Shown here one piece after another: positions 9,363-17,071 of a stretch of 56,990 nt of DNA. The translations under genes and the position numbers were made by a program. This stretch comes from Burkholderiales bacterium. Its GTDB lineage: Bacteria > Pseudomonadota > Gammaproteobacteria > Burkholderiales > SG8-39. Position 1 is the first letter of the stretch. Each line of letters starts with the position of its first letter. A model generated the notes under the pieces. That model was not told the DNA's origin and did no database searches. It saw nothing but the letters and a program-made list of their open reading frames with translations. Location: positions 1-56,990 of the forward strand of contig JBBQCV010000002.1 in the NCBI GenBank assembly GCA_038319115.1, in the 5' to 3' direction.

Positions 9363-10697
9363 CTACGCGACGGTCGCCAGGACTTCGGAAATCGTGGCGA
9401 CGATCTGGTCGATCTGCGCCTTCTCGACGATCAGCGGCGGGGAAACCGCGATCGTGTCGCCGGTAACGCGGATCAGCACACCCTTATCGAACGCCTTGGT
9501 GAAAGCCTCGAACGCGCGCTGGCCGGCGGCGCCTTCGCGCGGTGTGAGTTCGATGCCGGCCACCAGCCCGATCACGCGCAGGTCCATGACGTGCTTCGCG
9601 TCCTTCAGCTGCCAGATCGCGTCCTCCCAGTACTTGGCGAGTTCCGCGGCGCGCGTCAGCAGCCCTTCCTCGGCGTAGACATCCAGCGTGGCGATGCCGG
9701 CCGCGCACGCCATCGGGTGACCCGAATAGGTGTAGCCGTGCAGGAACTCCATGCCCGCGGGGCCCTTCATGAAGGTCTCGTAGATGCCATCCGAAATCAG
9801 CACCGCGCCCATCGGGATGGTGCCGTTGGTGATGCCCTTGGCGGTGGTGATCATGTCCGGCTTCACACCGAAGTAATCCGCCGCGAACGGCTTGCCCAAG
9901 CGCCCGAACCCGGTGATCACCTCGTCGAATATCAGCAGGATGCCGTGCTTGGTGCAGATTTCGCGCAGGCGCTCGAGGTAGCCCTGGGGCGGGATCAGAA
10001 CACCTGTGGAGCCCGCCACCGGCTCGACGATGACCGCCGCGATGGTGGAGGCGTCGTGCAGCGCGACGAGGCGCTCGAGGTCGTTGGCAAACTCCATTCC
10101 GCCGTGCGCGGGCAGGCCGCGCGTCATGAGGTTGCGCGCCGGGTCGTGGGTGTGGCGGATGTGGTCCACGCCGGGAAGCATGGCGGTGGCGAAGGTTTTG
10201 CGGTTGCTCACGATGCCCCCGACCGACATCCCGCCGAAGTTGACGCCATGGTAACCGCGCTCGCGGCCGATCAGCCGGAAACGGGCCGCCTCGCCGCGCG
10301 CCCGATGGTAGGCGAGCGCCACTTTCAGCGCCGTGTCGGCCGACTCGGAGCCCGAGTTGGTGTAGAACACGCGCCCGACGCCCTTGGGCGCAATCGCCGA
10401 CAGGCGGTCGGCGAATTCGAACGCAAGCGGGTGGCCCATCTGGAACGAGGGCGCGAAATCCAGCTTCTTCGCCTGTGCGGCAATCGCCTCGGCGATCTTC
10501 GGGCGGCAATGGCCGGCGTTCACGCACCACAGGCCGGCGGTGCCGTCGAGCACCTTGCGGCCATCAGGAGTCCAGTAATACATGCCCTCGGCGCGCTCGA
10601 GCAGGCGCGGGGCCTTCTTGAACTCGCGGTTCGCCGTATACGGCATGAAAAAAGCGCTTTGCTCGAGGTCCACTGCGTTGCTGGCGCGGTCGTTCAT
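9363..10697 (-). CDS. Class III PLP aminotransferase, omega-amino acid (beta-alanine):pyruvate transaminase type
   Basis: 444 aa. FYTNSGSESADTALK, IVEPVAGSTGV, LLIFDEVITGFGRLG and TTAKGITNG (PLP lysine) are typical of omega-transaminases. Confidence 0.8.
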   Translation of the reverse strand: MNDRASNAVDLEQSAFFMPYTANREFKKAPRLLERAEGMYYWTPDGRKVLDGTAGLWCVNAGHCRPKIAEAIAAQAKKLDFAPSFQMGHPLAFEFADRLSAIAPKGVGRVFYTNSGSESADTALKVALAYHRARGEAARFRLIGRERGYHGVNFGGMSVGGIVSNRKTFATAMLPGVDHIRHTHDPARNLMTRGLPAHGGMEFANDLERLVALHDASTIAAVIVEPVAGSTGVLIPPQGYLERLREICTKHGILLIFDEVITGFGRLGKPFAADYFGVKPDMITTAKGITNGTIPMGAVLISDGIYETFMKGPAGMEFLHGYTYSGHPMACAAGIATLDVYAEEGLLTRAAELAKYWEDAIWQLKDAKHVMDLRVIGLVAGIELTPREGAAGQRAFEAFTKAFDKGVLIRVTGDTIAVSPPLIVEKAQIDQIVATISEVLATVA

Positions 10698-10714
10698 GGT
10701 TGGTTCCTTTTTGG

Positions 10715-11962
10715 TCAGGCAGCCTTGGCTTCACCGACGGCGACCGCCGCGGCCACCATGGCATTGATGAGGACGCTGGCCCCGGCGGCGATCTCGTCGG
10801 GGCGCGCGTTTTCAAGTTCGTTGTGCGACAGGCCGCCTTCGCACGGCACGAAGATCATTGCGGTCGGCGCCACGCGGTTGAGGTACACCGCATCGTGCGC
10901 GGCGCCGCTCACGATGTCGCGGCACGAGAGGCCCAGTGCCTGCGCCGAAGCGCGCACGCTCTGCACGAGGGCCGGGTCGAAATGGCTGGGCGCGAAATAC
11001 AGCACTTCCTTAACGTCGATCACCACGCGGCACTCCGCCTCGATCGCCTTGGCCGAGCGGCGCAGGTCTTCGACCATCGCGAGCAGCGTTTCATCCTTGG
11101 CGTTCCTCACGTCGAGGGTCATGCTCACCGCGCCCGGCACCACGTTGCGCGAATTCGGCAACACGCGCAGGTGGCCGACCGTGGCGCGCGCATTGTCCGG
11201 GTAGGTGCAGGCCACGCGGTTGGTCTCGATCACCAGGCGGCTCGCGGCCAGCAGCGCGTCCTTGCGCAGTTCCATGGGGGTGGGGCCGGCGTGCGAATCC
11301 TGGCCGGTGATCTCGACGTCGAACCAGCGCTGGCCAAGCGCGCCCTGCACAGCGCCGATGGTGGTGCTGGTGTTCTCGAGGACCGGGCCTTGTTCGATAT
11401 GCGCCTCGAAGTACGCGCCGACCTTGACCGGGTCCGCGTCGCCGCGATAGCTGATGGCGGTGAGCGCATCGCCGACGCTTATGCCATCGATGTCTTTTTG
11501 CGCGTGCATGGCCTCGGCGGTGTAGATCGCCGCGAACACACCGGAGCCCATCATCGTCGGCACGAAGCGCGAGCCTTCCTCATTGGTCCAGCAGGCGACC
11601 TCGATTGGCGCGCGGGTGCGGATACCGAGGTCATTCAGCCGGCGCACGACCTCCAGGCCCGCGAGCACCCCGTAAGCGCCGTCGAACTTGCCCCCGGAAG
11701 GCTGCGTATCGAGGTGGCTGCCGGTCATGACCGGCGGCAGCGAATTGTCCACGCCGGCACGGCGCGCGAAGATGTTGCCTATGGCGTCGATGCGGATCGA
11801 CATGCCGGCGGCCTTGCACCACTCGACGAAGCGGTCGCGGCCCTGCCGGTCGAGGTCGGTGAGCGTGATGCGCTTGACACCGCCCTTGGGGGTCGCGCCG
11901 ATGCGGGCGAGGTCCATGAGCGACTGCCAGAGCCGCTCCCCGTCCACCTTGAGGGGCTGCAT
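10715..11962 (-). CDS. M20-family Zn amidohydrolase, N-carbamoyl-amino-acid / beta-ureidopropionase / allantoate amidohydrolase type
   Basis: 415 aa. LDRQGRDRFVEWCKAAGM...IDAIGNIFARR...VMTGSHLDTQPSGGKFDGAYGVLAGLEV is the AmaB/AllC-type signature. It sits 17 nt upstream of, and is co-directional with, the transaminase. Confidence 0.75.
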   Translation of the reverse strand: MQPLKVDGERLWQSLMDLARIGATPKGGVKRITLTDLDRQGRDRFVEWCKAAGMSIRIDAIGNIFARRAGVDNSLPPVMTGSHLDTQPSGGKFDGAYGVLAGLEVVRRLNDLGIRTRAPIEVACWTNEEGSRFVPTMMGSGVFAAIYTAEAMHAQKDIDGISVGDALTAISYRGDADPVKVGAYFEAHIEQGPVLENTSTTIGAVQGALGQRWFDVEITGQDSHAGPTPMELRKDALLAASRLVIETNRVACTYPDNARATVGHLRVLPNSRNVVPGAVSMTLDVRNAKDETLLAMVEDLRRSAKAIEAECRVVIDVKEVLYFAPSHFDPALVQSVRASAQALGLSCRDIVSGAAHDAVYLNRVAPTAMIFVPCEGGLSHNELENARPDEIAAGASVLINAMVAAAVAVGEAKAA

Positions 11963-12080
11963 GGGAACTCCGAAAATGTCACGGTAGGAGGCGGAAGCTT
12001 ACCGCAATCCGCCTGCCAACTGGCGCGTCCGGGTCGCTCCGCGCATCATGTGGGCTCGTGCCAACCGCCTGGAGACCGGA

Positions 12081-12314
12081 ATGACCCCAAAGCCTGCCGC
12101 CCCCCCTGCCGAATCCCAGCTTGAAGTGCACAGCGCCCAGTCCGTCACCTCGCTGGTCGGGCTGGTCGGCGTGGCGCTCAAGCCCGAGCGCGCCGCCAGC
12201 GTAGCGCGCACGCTGAACGCCCAGGTACGCGCCGCCAGCCTTGCGTTCGCCGCGCTGCCCTTCGAGACCGAGCCGGCGACTTACCTTCGGGTCAGCGCGG
12301 AGGAGTCCTCATGA
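12081..12314 (+). CDS. Small AtzG-like / DUF4089-type protein (GatC-like partner of an amidase)
   Basis: 77 aa taken from the ATG at 12081, 5 nt after GGAGA. ...LVGLVGVALKPERAASVARTLNAQV...AFAALPFETEPATYLRV fits my recollection of the DUF4089 pattern. Its stop overlaps the amidase ATG (ATGA at 12311-12314). Confidence 0.55.
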   Translation: MTPKPAAPPAESQLEVHSAQSVTSLVGLVGVALKPERAASVARTLNAQVRAASLAFAALPFETEPATYLRVSAEESS

Positions 12315-13726
12315 ACGCCAACGAGATCGTCGGGCTGTCGGCCGCCGAGCTCGCCCGCGCCATCCGGGCGCGCAAAGTGAGCTGCACCGCCGCCATGGAC
12401 GCCGTGCTCGCCCACGCCGCCCATGTCCAGCCCACGCTGAACTGTTTCATCCGCATCGACGGCGACGAAGCGCTTGCCGCGGCCCGCGTGGCCGACGCCG
12501 AACTCGCGCGCGGACTCGTTCGCGGGCCGCTGCACGGCGTGCCGATGGCGCACAAGGACATGTACTACCGCGAAGGGGTGCCCTCCTCGTGCGGCTCGAA
12601 GATTACGCGCGACCGGCCGGCGCCCTCGACCTCGACGGCGCTGAAGCGCCTGGACGCCGCCGGCGCGATCCAGTTCGGCGTGCTCAACATGGCCGAATTC
12701 GCTTTCGGGCCCACCGGGCACAATTACCATTACGGCCACTGCCACAATCCGTGGAACCCCGACTGCATCACTGGCGGCTCGTCGTCGGGCTCGGGCGCCG
12801 CGGTCGCGGCTCGCGCAGCCTTCGCGGCCCTGGGTTCGGACACCGGGGGCTCGATCCGCGCCCCCGCTACGTTTTGCGGCCTGGCAGGGATCAAGCCGAC
12901 GTGGAGCCGCGTATCGCGCCACGGGGCACTGCCGCTGTCGTTTTCGATGGATACCATCGGCCCGCTCACGCGCACGGTCGAGGACTGCGCGCTCGTACTG
13001 GGCGTCATCGCCGGTGCCGACCCGAAAGACCCGACGGCCAGCACCACCCCGGTCCCCGATTACGCCGCGCGCCTGGCGCGGCCGCTCAAGGGCCTGCGGA
13101 TCGCCACCACCAAGCAGTACTTCCACGATGCCATGGATCCCGAAATCCAGTCGCTGGTCGACGCGAGCCTGGAGGGCTATGCACGCCTGGGCGCCAAGAT
13201 CGTCGACGTCGACCTGCCCGACATCGAGCCGTGGGCCAATGCCGCAGTAATGATCATCGCCGCCGAGGCCGCCGCCGCCCACGCCAACTGGTTGAGGACG
13301 CGGCCCGGGGACTATTCCGAGCAGGTCCGCGCCCGCCTCGAACTCGGCCTGGCAGTGCCCGCCACGACTTATATCGAATGCCTGCGCCTGCGCGGCGCGG
13401 CGCTGCACGCGTTTTCGGCGGCCGTGTTCGCCAAGGCCGACATCCTCCACGTGCCCACCGTCAGTTTCCAGACACCAACCATCGCCGAAACCGACGTCGG
13501 TGGCGGCGACACAATGATGAAGGTGATGAACACCATCACGCGCCTGACGCGCGTGGGCAATTTCCTTGGACTGCCCTGCCTGTCCGTGCCGGCCGGCTTC
13601 ACGCGCAGCGGCATGCCGACCGCGGTCCAGCTGATCGGCCGCCAGTTCGACGAAGCCACACTGTTCGCGGCCGGCCACGCCTACCAGCTCGCCACCGGGT
13701 GGCACCTGCGATCGCCGCTCAAGTAA
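12311..13726 (+). CDS. Amidase-signature family amidohydrolase (AtzE / GatA-like)
   Basis: 471 aa. GPLHGVPMAHKDMYY, the AS-signature core GGSSSGSGAAVAA...GSDTGGSIRAPA, and the Ser-cisSer-Lys context. Confidence 0.85.
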   Translation: MNANEIVGLSAAELARAIRARKVSCTAAMDAVLAHAAHVQPTLNCFIRIDGDEALAAARVADAELARGLVRGPLHGVPMAHKDMYYREGVPSSCGSKITRDRPAPSTSTALKRLDAAGAIQFGVLNMAEFAFGPTGHNYHYGHCHNPWNPDCITGGSSSGSGAAVAARAAFAALGSDTGGSIRAPATFCGLAGIKPTWSRVSRHGALPLSFSMDTIGPLTRTVEDCALVLGVIAGADPKDPTASTTPVPDYAARLARPLKGLRIATTKQYFHDAMDPEIQSLVDASLEGYARLGAKIVDVDLPDIEPWANAAVMIIAAEAAAAHANWLRTRPGDYSEQVRARLELGLAVPATTYIECLRLRGAALHAFSAAVFAKADILHVPTVSFQTPTIAETDVGGGDTMMKVMNTITRLTRVGNFLGLPCLSVPAGFTRSGMPTAVQLIGRQFDEATLFAAGHAYQLATGWHLRSPLK

Positions 13727-13978
13727 CCTGGAAAGTAAAACTTTATTGTACGAAGATCGGCCCGCGCATTAGCTCTCAGGTCAGTTGACTTTCCTGTTTT
13801 GGAAATCAGCGCCGGTGCGGCATGAAAAGGCGTTCATGTGTCTCCTCTCTGGGACTGTTCGCGCGATTCTGAGCGTGGCGCTTGTTGCGTTGCATTGGTT
13901 CGCAGGTAAGTGATTCAGCGCACTTACCGGTTGCCCCCTTGCCGTTAGCATGGTTCATTGCCTCACTGGACCAGGCTC

Positions 13979-14182
13979 ATGGAGAAAACCCAACGTAACA
14001 ACCCCAACAAGGACAACCAGAAGGGTGGCCAGCAAAGCGGCCGGCCGAATGAACAGGACGGCAAGCAGGACGACAAGGACAGCGATCAGTTGCTCGAAGA
14101 CGCTGCGGTCAGCGGCGCCAACGACACCGGCAACAAGAGCGAGGGCGGCAAGTACGACAGCGGCAACCAGACCAATCGCTGA
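13979..14182 (+). CDS. Small hydrophilic KGG-repeat general-stress-type protein (YciG-like)
   Basis: 67 aa, MEKTQRNNPNKDNQKGGQQSGRPNEQ...GNKSEGGKYDSGNQTNR. It contains the KGGQQSG motif of KGG stress proteins. GC3 is clearly higher on this strand than on the antisense 13955..14251 ORF. The start is uncertain; a TTG at 13958 is the alternative. Confidence 0.55.
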   Translation: MEKTQRNNPNKDNQKGGQQSGRPNEQDGKQDDKDSDQLLEDAAVSGANDTGNKSEGGKYDSGNQTNR

Positions 14183-14300
14183 ACCGGAGCCCGCCCGGCC
14201 CAAACCATCCGAACTGAAGCGCCGAATACGCATCGTTCGGGCCATTCGCACACTTCATCCCAATCCGCTCGAAAAGACTTGGCCCAAGCCGCCCAAAAAG

Positions 14301-14326
14301 AAAACGCCCCGCTCGCGGGGCGTTTT
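14301..14326. terminator. Bidirectional rho-independent terminator between convergent genes
   Basis: Perfect palindrome aaaacgccccgc-tc-gcggggcgtttt, flanked by an A-run and a T-run. Confidence 0.8.
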
Positions 14327-14350
14327 CGCTACTGGCTGGACGTGGGCCGC

Positions 14351-14734
14351 TTACCAGTTCCACTTCCTTGGCGACCCGGCATAGCCCGGTGCACCATACA
14401 TCGTCACCGCGGGCCGGGACCCGAGTCGCGCCGTTTCCGGGTAAACGTAATTCACGTTCCCGCGCGAGTCCATCACCACCGGATCGCTTCGCTGCCACAT
14501 GACCCCATTGTCCCAATACTCCCTGGTCGCGTACCCAGCGCCGTGCATGTGCTTGGGATATGCCGAGGTGTTTTCCACGCTCGGGGTCGACCCGGTGCTG
14601 CTCGGAGTGCTGTACATGTCGACCGAGTAGGCCTCGGATGGGCGGTCAACGCCGTAACCCATCGTCTGCGCCTGAGCCGTACCCCAAGCCGCTGCTGCCA
14701 CTGCACCCGCCAGCAAGATTTTCGTGAATTTCAT
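14351..14734 (-). CDS. Exported hypothetical protein
   Basis: 127 aa. Sec signal MKFTKILLAGAVAAAAWGTAQA|Q. The mature part is rich in Y, G, P and S and ends in ...PRKWNW. I recognise no family. Confidence 0.6.
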   Translation of the reverse strand: MKFTKILLAGAVAAAAWGTAQAQTMGYGVDRPSEAYSVDMYSTPSSTGSTPSVENTSAYPKHMHGAGYATREYWDNGVMWQRSDPVVMDSRGNVNYVYPETARLGSRPAVTMYGAPGYAGSPRKWNW

Positions 14735-15029
14735 GAGGGATTCTCCATTTCTATTAAGGGAATGCGGGCCACCAGTCGGTGCCGGCGACGCCGCGATGGA
14801 CCTACTGTATAGGCCCGCCCTGCGCGAGGCTGTCGGACAGGGGCCCGATTCCCCGTAAGCGCATGGGCCTCGAAAGCCCCCGCTTATCGCAGGTCAAAAG
14901 GGGAAGGCTTGTCCGCGATCGTCCTACAGCGAGGTGAGGTGGCGTGTGATAACGCACAGACCTCGCGCGAGGGTCCACCTACCGTTCGGCGACGAGCTGC
15001 CAATCCCATTTTCTGCAAGGAGCGAGACG

Positions 15030-15995
15030 ATGAAAAACCTGTTGAGGCCGCTGGCCCTGGTTGCCGCGACCCTGGCCACGACCACCGCGATGGCGGGTGT
15101 GACTTTCTATGAAACCGAAAACTTCGGCGGCCGCCAAATTACGATGGACGACGTAGTGCCCAACTTAGTGGACCGCGGATTCAATGACCGCGCCGTTTCC
15201 GCCGTGGTCGAGGGTGCCCCGGTCGAAGTCTGCGTCGACATCAACTTCAGCGGCGGGTGCACCGTGCTTAACCCGGGGCGCTACCCGACGCTCGGCGGCT
15301 TTGGCAACAAGATTTCTTCTGTACGGCCGGCGCGCGGCCCGGGCTACGAGCCCCGCGGCGAGGGTCCGCGCGCACGCGACGGTCGGATGGCGGGTGTGAC
15401 TTTCTATGAAACCGAAAACTTCGGCGGCCGCCAAATTACGATCGACGGCGTAGTGCCCAATTTCGTGGACCGTGGATTCAACGATCGAGCCTTGTCCGCC
15501 GTGGTCGAGGGCGCCCCGGTCGAAGTGTGCATCGACATCAATTTCAGCGGCGGTTGCACCGTGCTGAATCCCGGGCGCTACCCGACACTGGGCAGCCTCG
15601 GCAACCAGATCTCCTCCGTGCGGCCGGCGCGCGGCCCGGGCTACGAGCCCCGCGGCGAGGCTCCGCGAGATCGCGATCGCGACGGCAGGCGCGGGCGCTG
15701 GGCAAGCGCGACGCTGTTCTCCGGTCCCAACTTCACCGGCCGGGCGGTTACGCTCGACCGCGAGGGCACCGACGATCTGGTGAACTTCAACGACCGGGCG
15801 TCTTCGCTGCGTGTGGAGCGCGGATACTGGATCTTCTGCAACGAAACCCAGTTCCGTGGCGAATGCCGCACCTTCGGCCCGGGCGACTATGCGCAACTGC
15901 CACCCGGCTTCGACAATCGGATTTCCTCCGGCCGGCGCATCTCGAATGCCTACCCGTACGCGCAGCAACGGCCGAACTGGGAACACGACCGCTAG
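15030..15995 (+). CDS. Secreted protein with three tandem beta/gamma-crystallin-type (peptidase inhibitor I36-like) domains
   Basis: The ATG at 15030 follows AAGGAG. Signal peptide MKNLLRPLALVAATLATTTAMA. There are two copies of VTFYETENFGGRQIT...FNDRA.SAVV...G.CTVLNPGRYPTLG...ISSVRP and a third, diverged copy ATLFSGPNFTGRAVTL...FNDRASSLRVERGYWIFCNETQFRGECRTFGPGDYAQL...ISS. The Y/F-x-x-x-x-F/Y-x-G plus Ser pattern is the Greek-key crystallin signature. Confidence 0.75.
   Translation: MKNLLRPLALVAATLATTTAMAGVTFYETENFGGRQITMDDVVPNLVDRGFNDRAVSAVVEGAPVEVCVDINFSGGCTVLNPGRYPTLGGFGNKISSVRPARGPGYEPRGEGPRARDGRMAGVTFYETENFGGRQITIDGVVPNFVDRGFNDRALSAVVEGAPVEVCIDINFSGGCTVLNPGRYPTLGSLGNQISSVRPARGPGYEPRGEAPRDRDRDGRRGRWASATLFSGPNFTGRAVTLDREGTDDLVNFNDRASSLRVERGYWIFCNETQFRGECRTFGPGDYAQLPPGFDNRISSGRRISNAYPYAQQRPNWEHDR
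15090..15689 (+). repeat. Intragenic tandem duplication, two units of about 297-303 bp (15090-15386 and 15387-15689), each encoding one crystallin-type domain
   Basis: The first 56 nt of both units are identical (atggcgggtgtgactttctatgaaaccgaaaacttcggcggccgccaaattacgat). The rest differs mostly at synonymous or conservative sites. Unit 2 retains the MAG codons that belong to the signal-peptide cleavage region in unit 1. Confidence 0.9.
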
Positions 15996-16058
15996 CCTTT
16001 CTGCCAGGCGTCCGACGCACGTGGACCGCTATCGCTGAAATCGAGGCGCGCCACACAG

Positions 16059-16095
16059 AAAAAGCCAGTTACCGGAATCCGGTTGCTGGCTTTTT
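16059..16095. terminator. Bidirectional rho-independent terminator between convergent genes
   Basis: aaaaagccag-tt-accgga-a-tccggt-tg-ctggcttttt: two nested perfect stems flanked by an A5 run and a T5 run. Confidence 0.75.
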
Positions 16096-16132
16096 CATTT
16101 CAAGGCGGTGGTTACGCGCGTCCTGCGGGTGG

Positions 16133-16375
16133 TTACTCGACCACCCCGCTCAGTTCTTCAATGGCGCTCTCGATGATCACCCGCGCGGCGGCCTCGACCA
16201 CATCCGCCGGCACCCGAAACCCGACCTGGCCGGCCGGGGCGCCCTTGAGTTCGCCTTCATGGGAAATCGTGCCCTGCCACACGTGAGCCCGCTTCGAGGG
16301 CGTGATCCTCACCTTGTACTCATACGTGCGCATCATGCCCTGCTTGCGCGTATACCGATCCGAAAACGTCGCCAT
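16133..16375 (-). CDS. Small hypothetical protein (80 aa)
   Basis: The ATG at 16375 is preceded by GGGGGAGGGG. MATFSDRYTRKQGMMRTYEYKVRITPSKRAHVWQGTISHEGELKG... I recognise no family. A terminator lies downstream at 16059-16095. Confidence 0.5.
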   Translation of the reverse strand: MATFSDRYTRKQGMMRTYEYKVRITPSKRAHVWQGTISHEGELKGAPAGQVGFRVPADVVEAAARVIIESAIEELSGVVE

Positions 16376-16541
16376 CCCCTCCCCCTTTGTGCAAGGAAAT
16401 CGTAGCACGCAGGGCCGCCCAAGCGGCCTTCGGAAGGCGCAGTTTCACCGCAGCGGGACAAAGTCGATCGACGCCACCACGATGCGAAATTCCCCGCGTT
16501 GCATTGGCCGCTCAATCACCCGCGCGCAACCCAGCCTGCGG

Positions 16542-16889
16542 CTAACGCGACAGGATGTCGCCCGAAGCTACCTCGATGTCCAGCGCCGGGCCGGGCGAAG
16601 GCGTTTCCGCGTGGGCGTGGCGCTTAAGGCAGGAGTGCACAAGGGCAAACAGCTTGCGGTCGGCGCGTGCCTGCTGGCCGCCCTGCGCGTTGCGATAATC
16701 CTTGATCGCATTGGGCGCGATCCGGATCGCGACATTGCGCTCGGCCGCCGTGCCATCGGCTGCACCGCCGCGATTCACCCAGCGAATCGAAATTTCCCCC
16801 AGTTGCGGCTCGAGATCGACGGCCGCATCGGAGGGGAACAACGGACCCAGCAGGTCCGCCCATTTCATGAGCGTTGGTGGATGCATCAT
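16542..16889 (-). CDS. Hypothetical protein, tentatively DUF3022-like
   Basis: 115 aa. ...GEISIRWVNRGG...RNVAIRIAPNAIKDYRNAQGGQQARADRKLFALVHSCL... loosely matches my recollection of ~110-aa Burkholderia-type DUF3022 proteins. The start is uncertain; an ATG at 16868 is the alternative. Confidence 0.4.
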   Translation of the reverse strand: MMHPPTLMKWADLLGPLFPSDAAVDLEPQLGEISIRWVNRGGAADGTAAERNVAIRIAPNAIKDYRNAQGGQQARADRKLFALVHSCLKRHAHAETPSPGPALDIEVASGDILSR

Positions 16890-17071
16890 CGTGTTGACGG
16901 TTGTCTACGCTCGTGGACGATCAAGAACCCCGGTCACCGGACAGGTTCGTCGGCTCCCCTTTCGTGACGCCACAATACCGTCACGCAGCGGCTGGGTCTG
17001 CGCGATACGTCACAGAATCTACCTGTGTGCCACATGCTATTGTTGGCGCAACTGTGCCCCGGGGAGGAGCC

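Noticed and set aside
12020-12045. Possible sigma54 promoter (TGGCGC...GTCGC) upstream of the AtzG-like/amidase pair, considered because ntrC is in the window
   Set aside because: The GG-to-GC spacing is 12 nt rather than the required 10, and the -12 element does not match TTGCA.
13955-14251. 98-aa hydrophobic minus-strand ORF (and the 13950-14384 plus-strand ORF) overlapping the KGG gene
   Set aside because: The GC3 bias supports the 13979-14182 plus frame, which also carries a known family motif (KGGQQSG). The hydrophobic translation is the expected mirror image of a Lys/Asp/Gly/Asn-rich gene.
16133-16889. Toxin-antitoxin pair hypothesis for the two small co-directional ORFs
   Set aside because: There is a 166-nt gap instead of the usual overlap or short spacer. 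I saw no recognisable toxin fold motifs (PIN, RelE, MazF, HipA and so on) or antitoxin DNA-binding motifs. They are kept only as hypothetical proteins.
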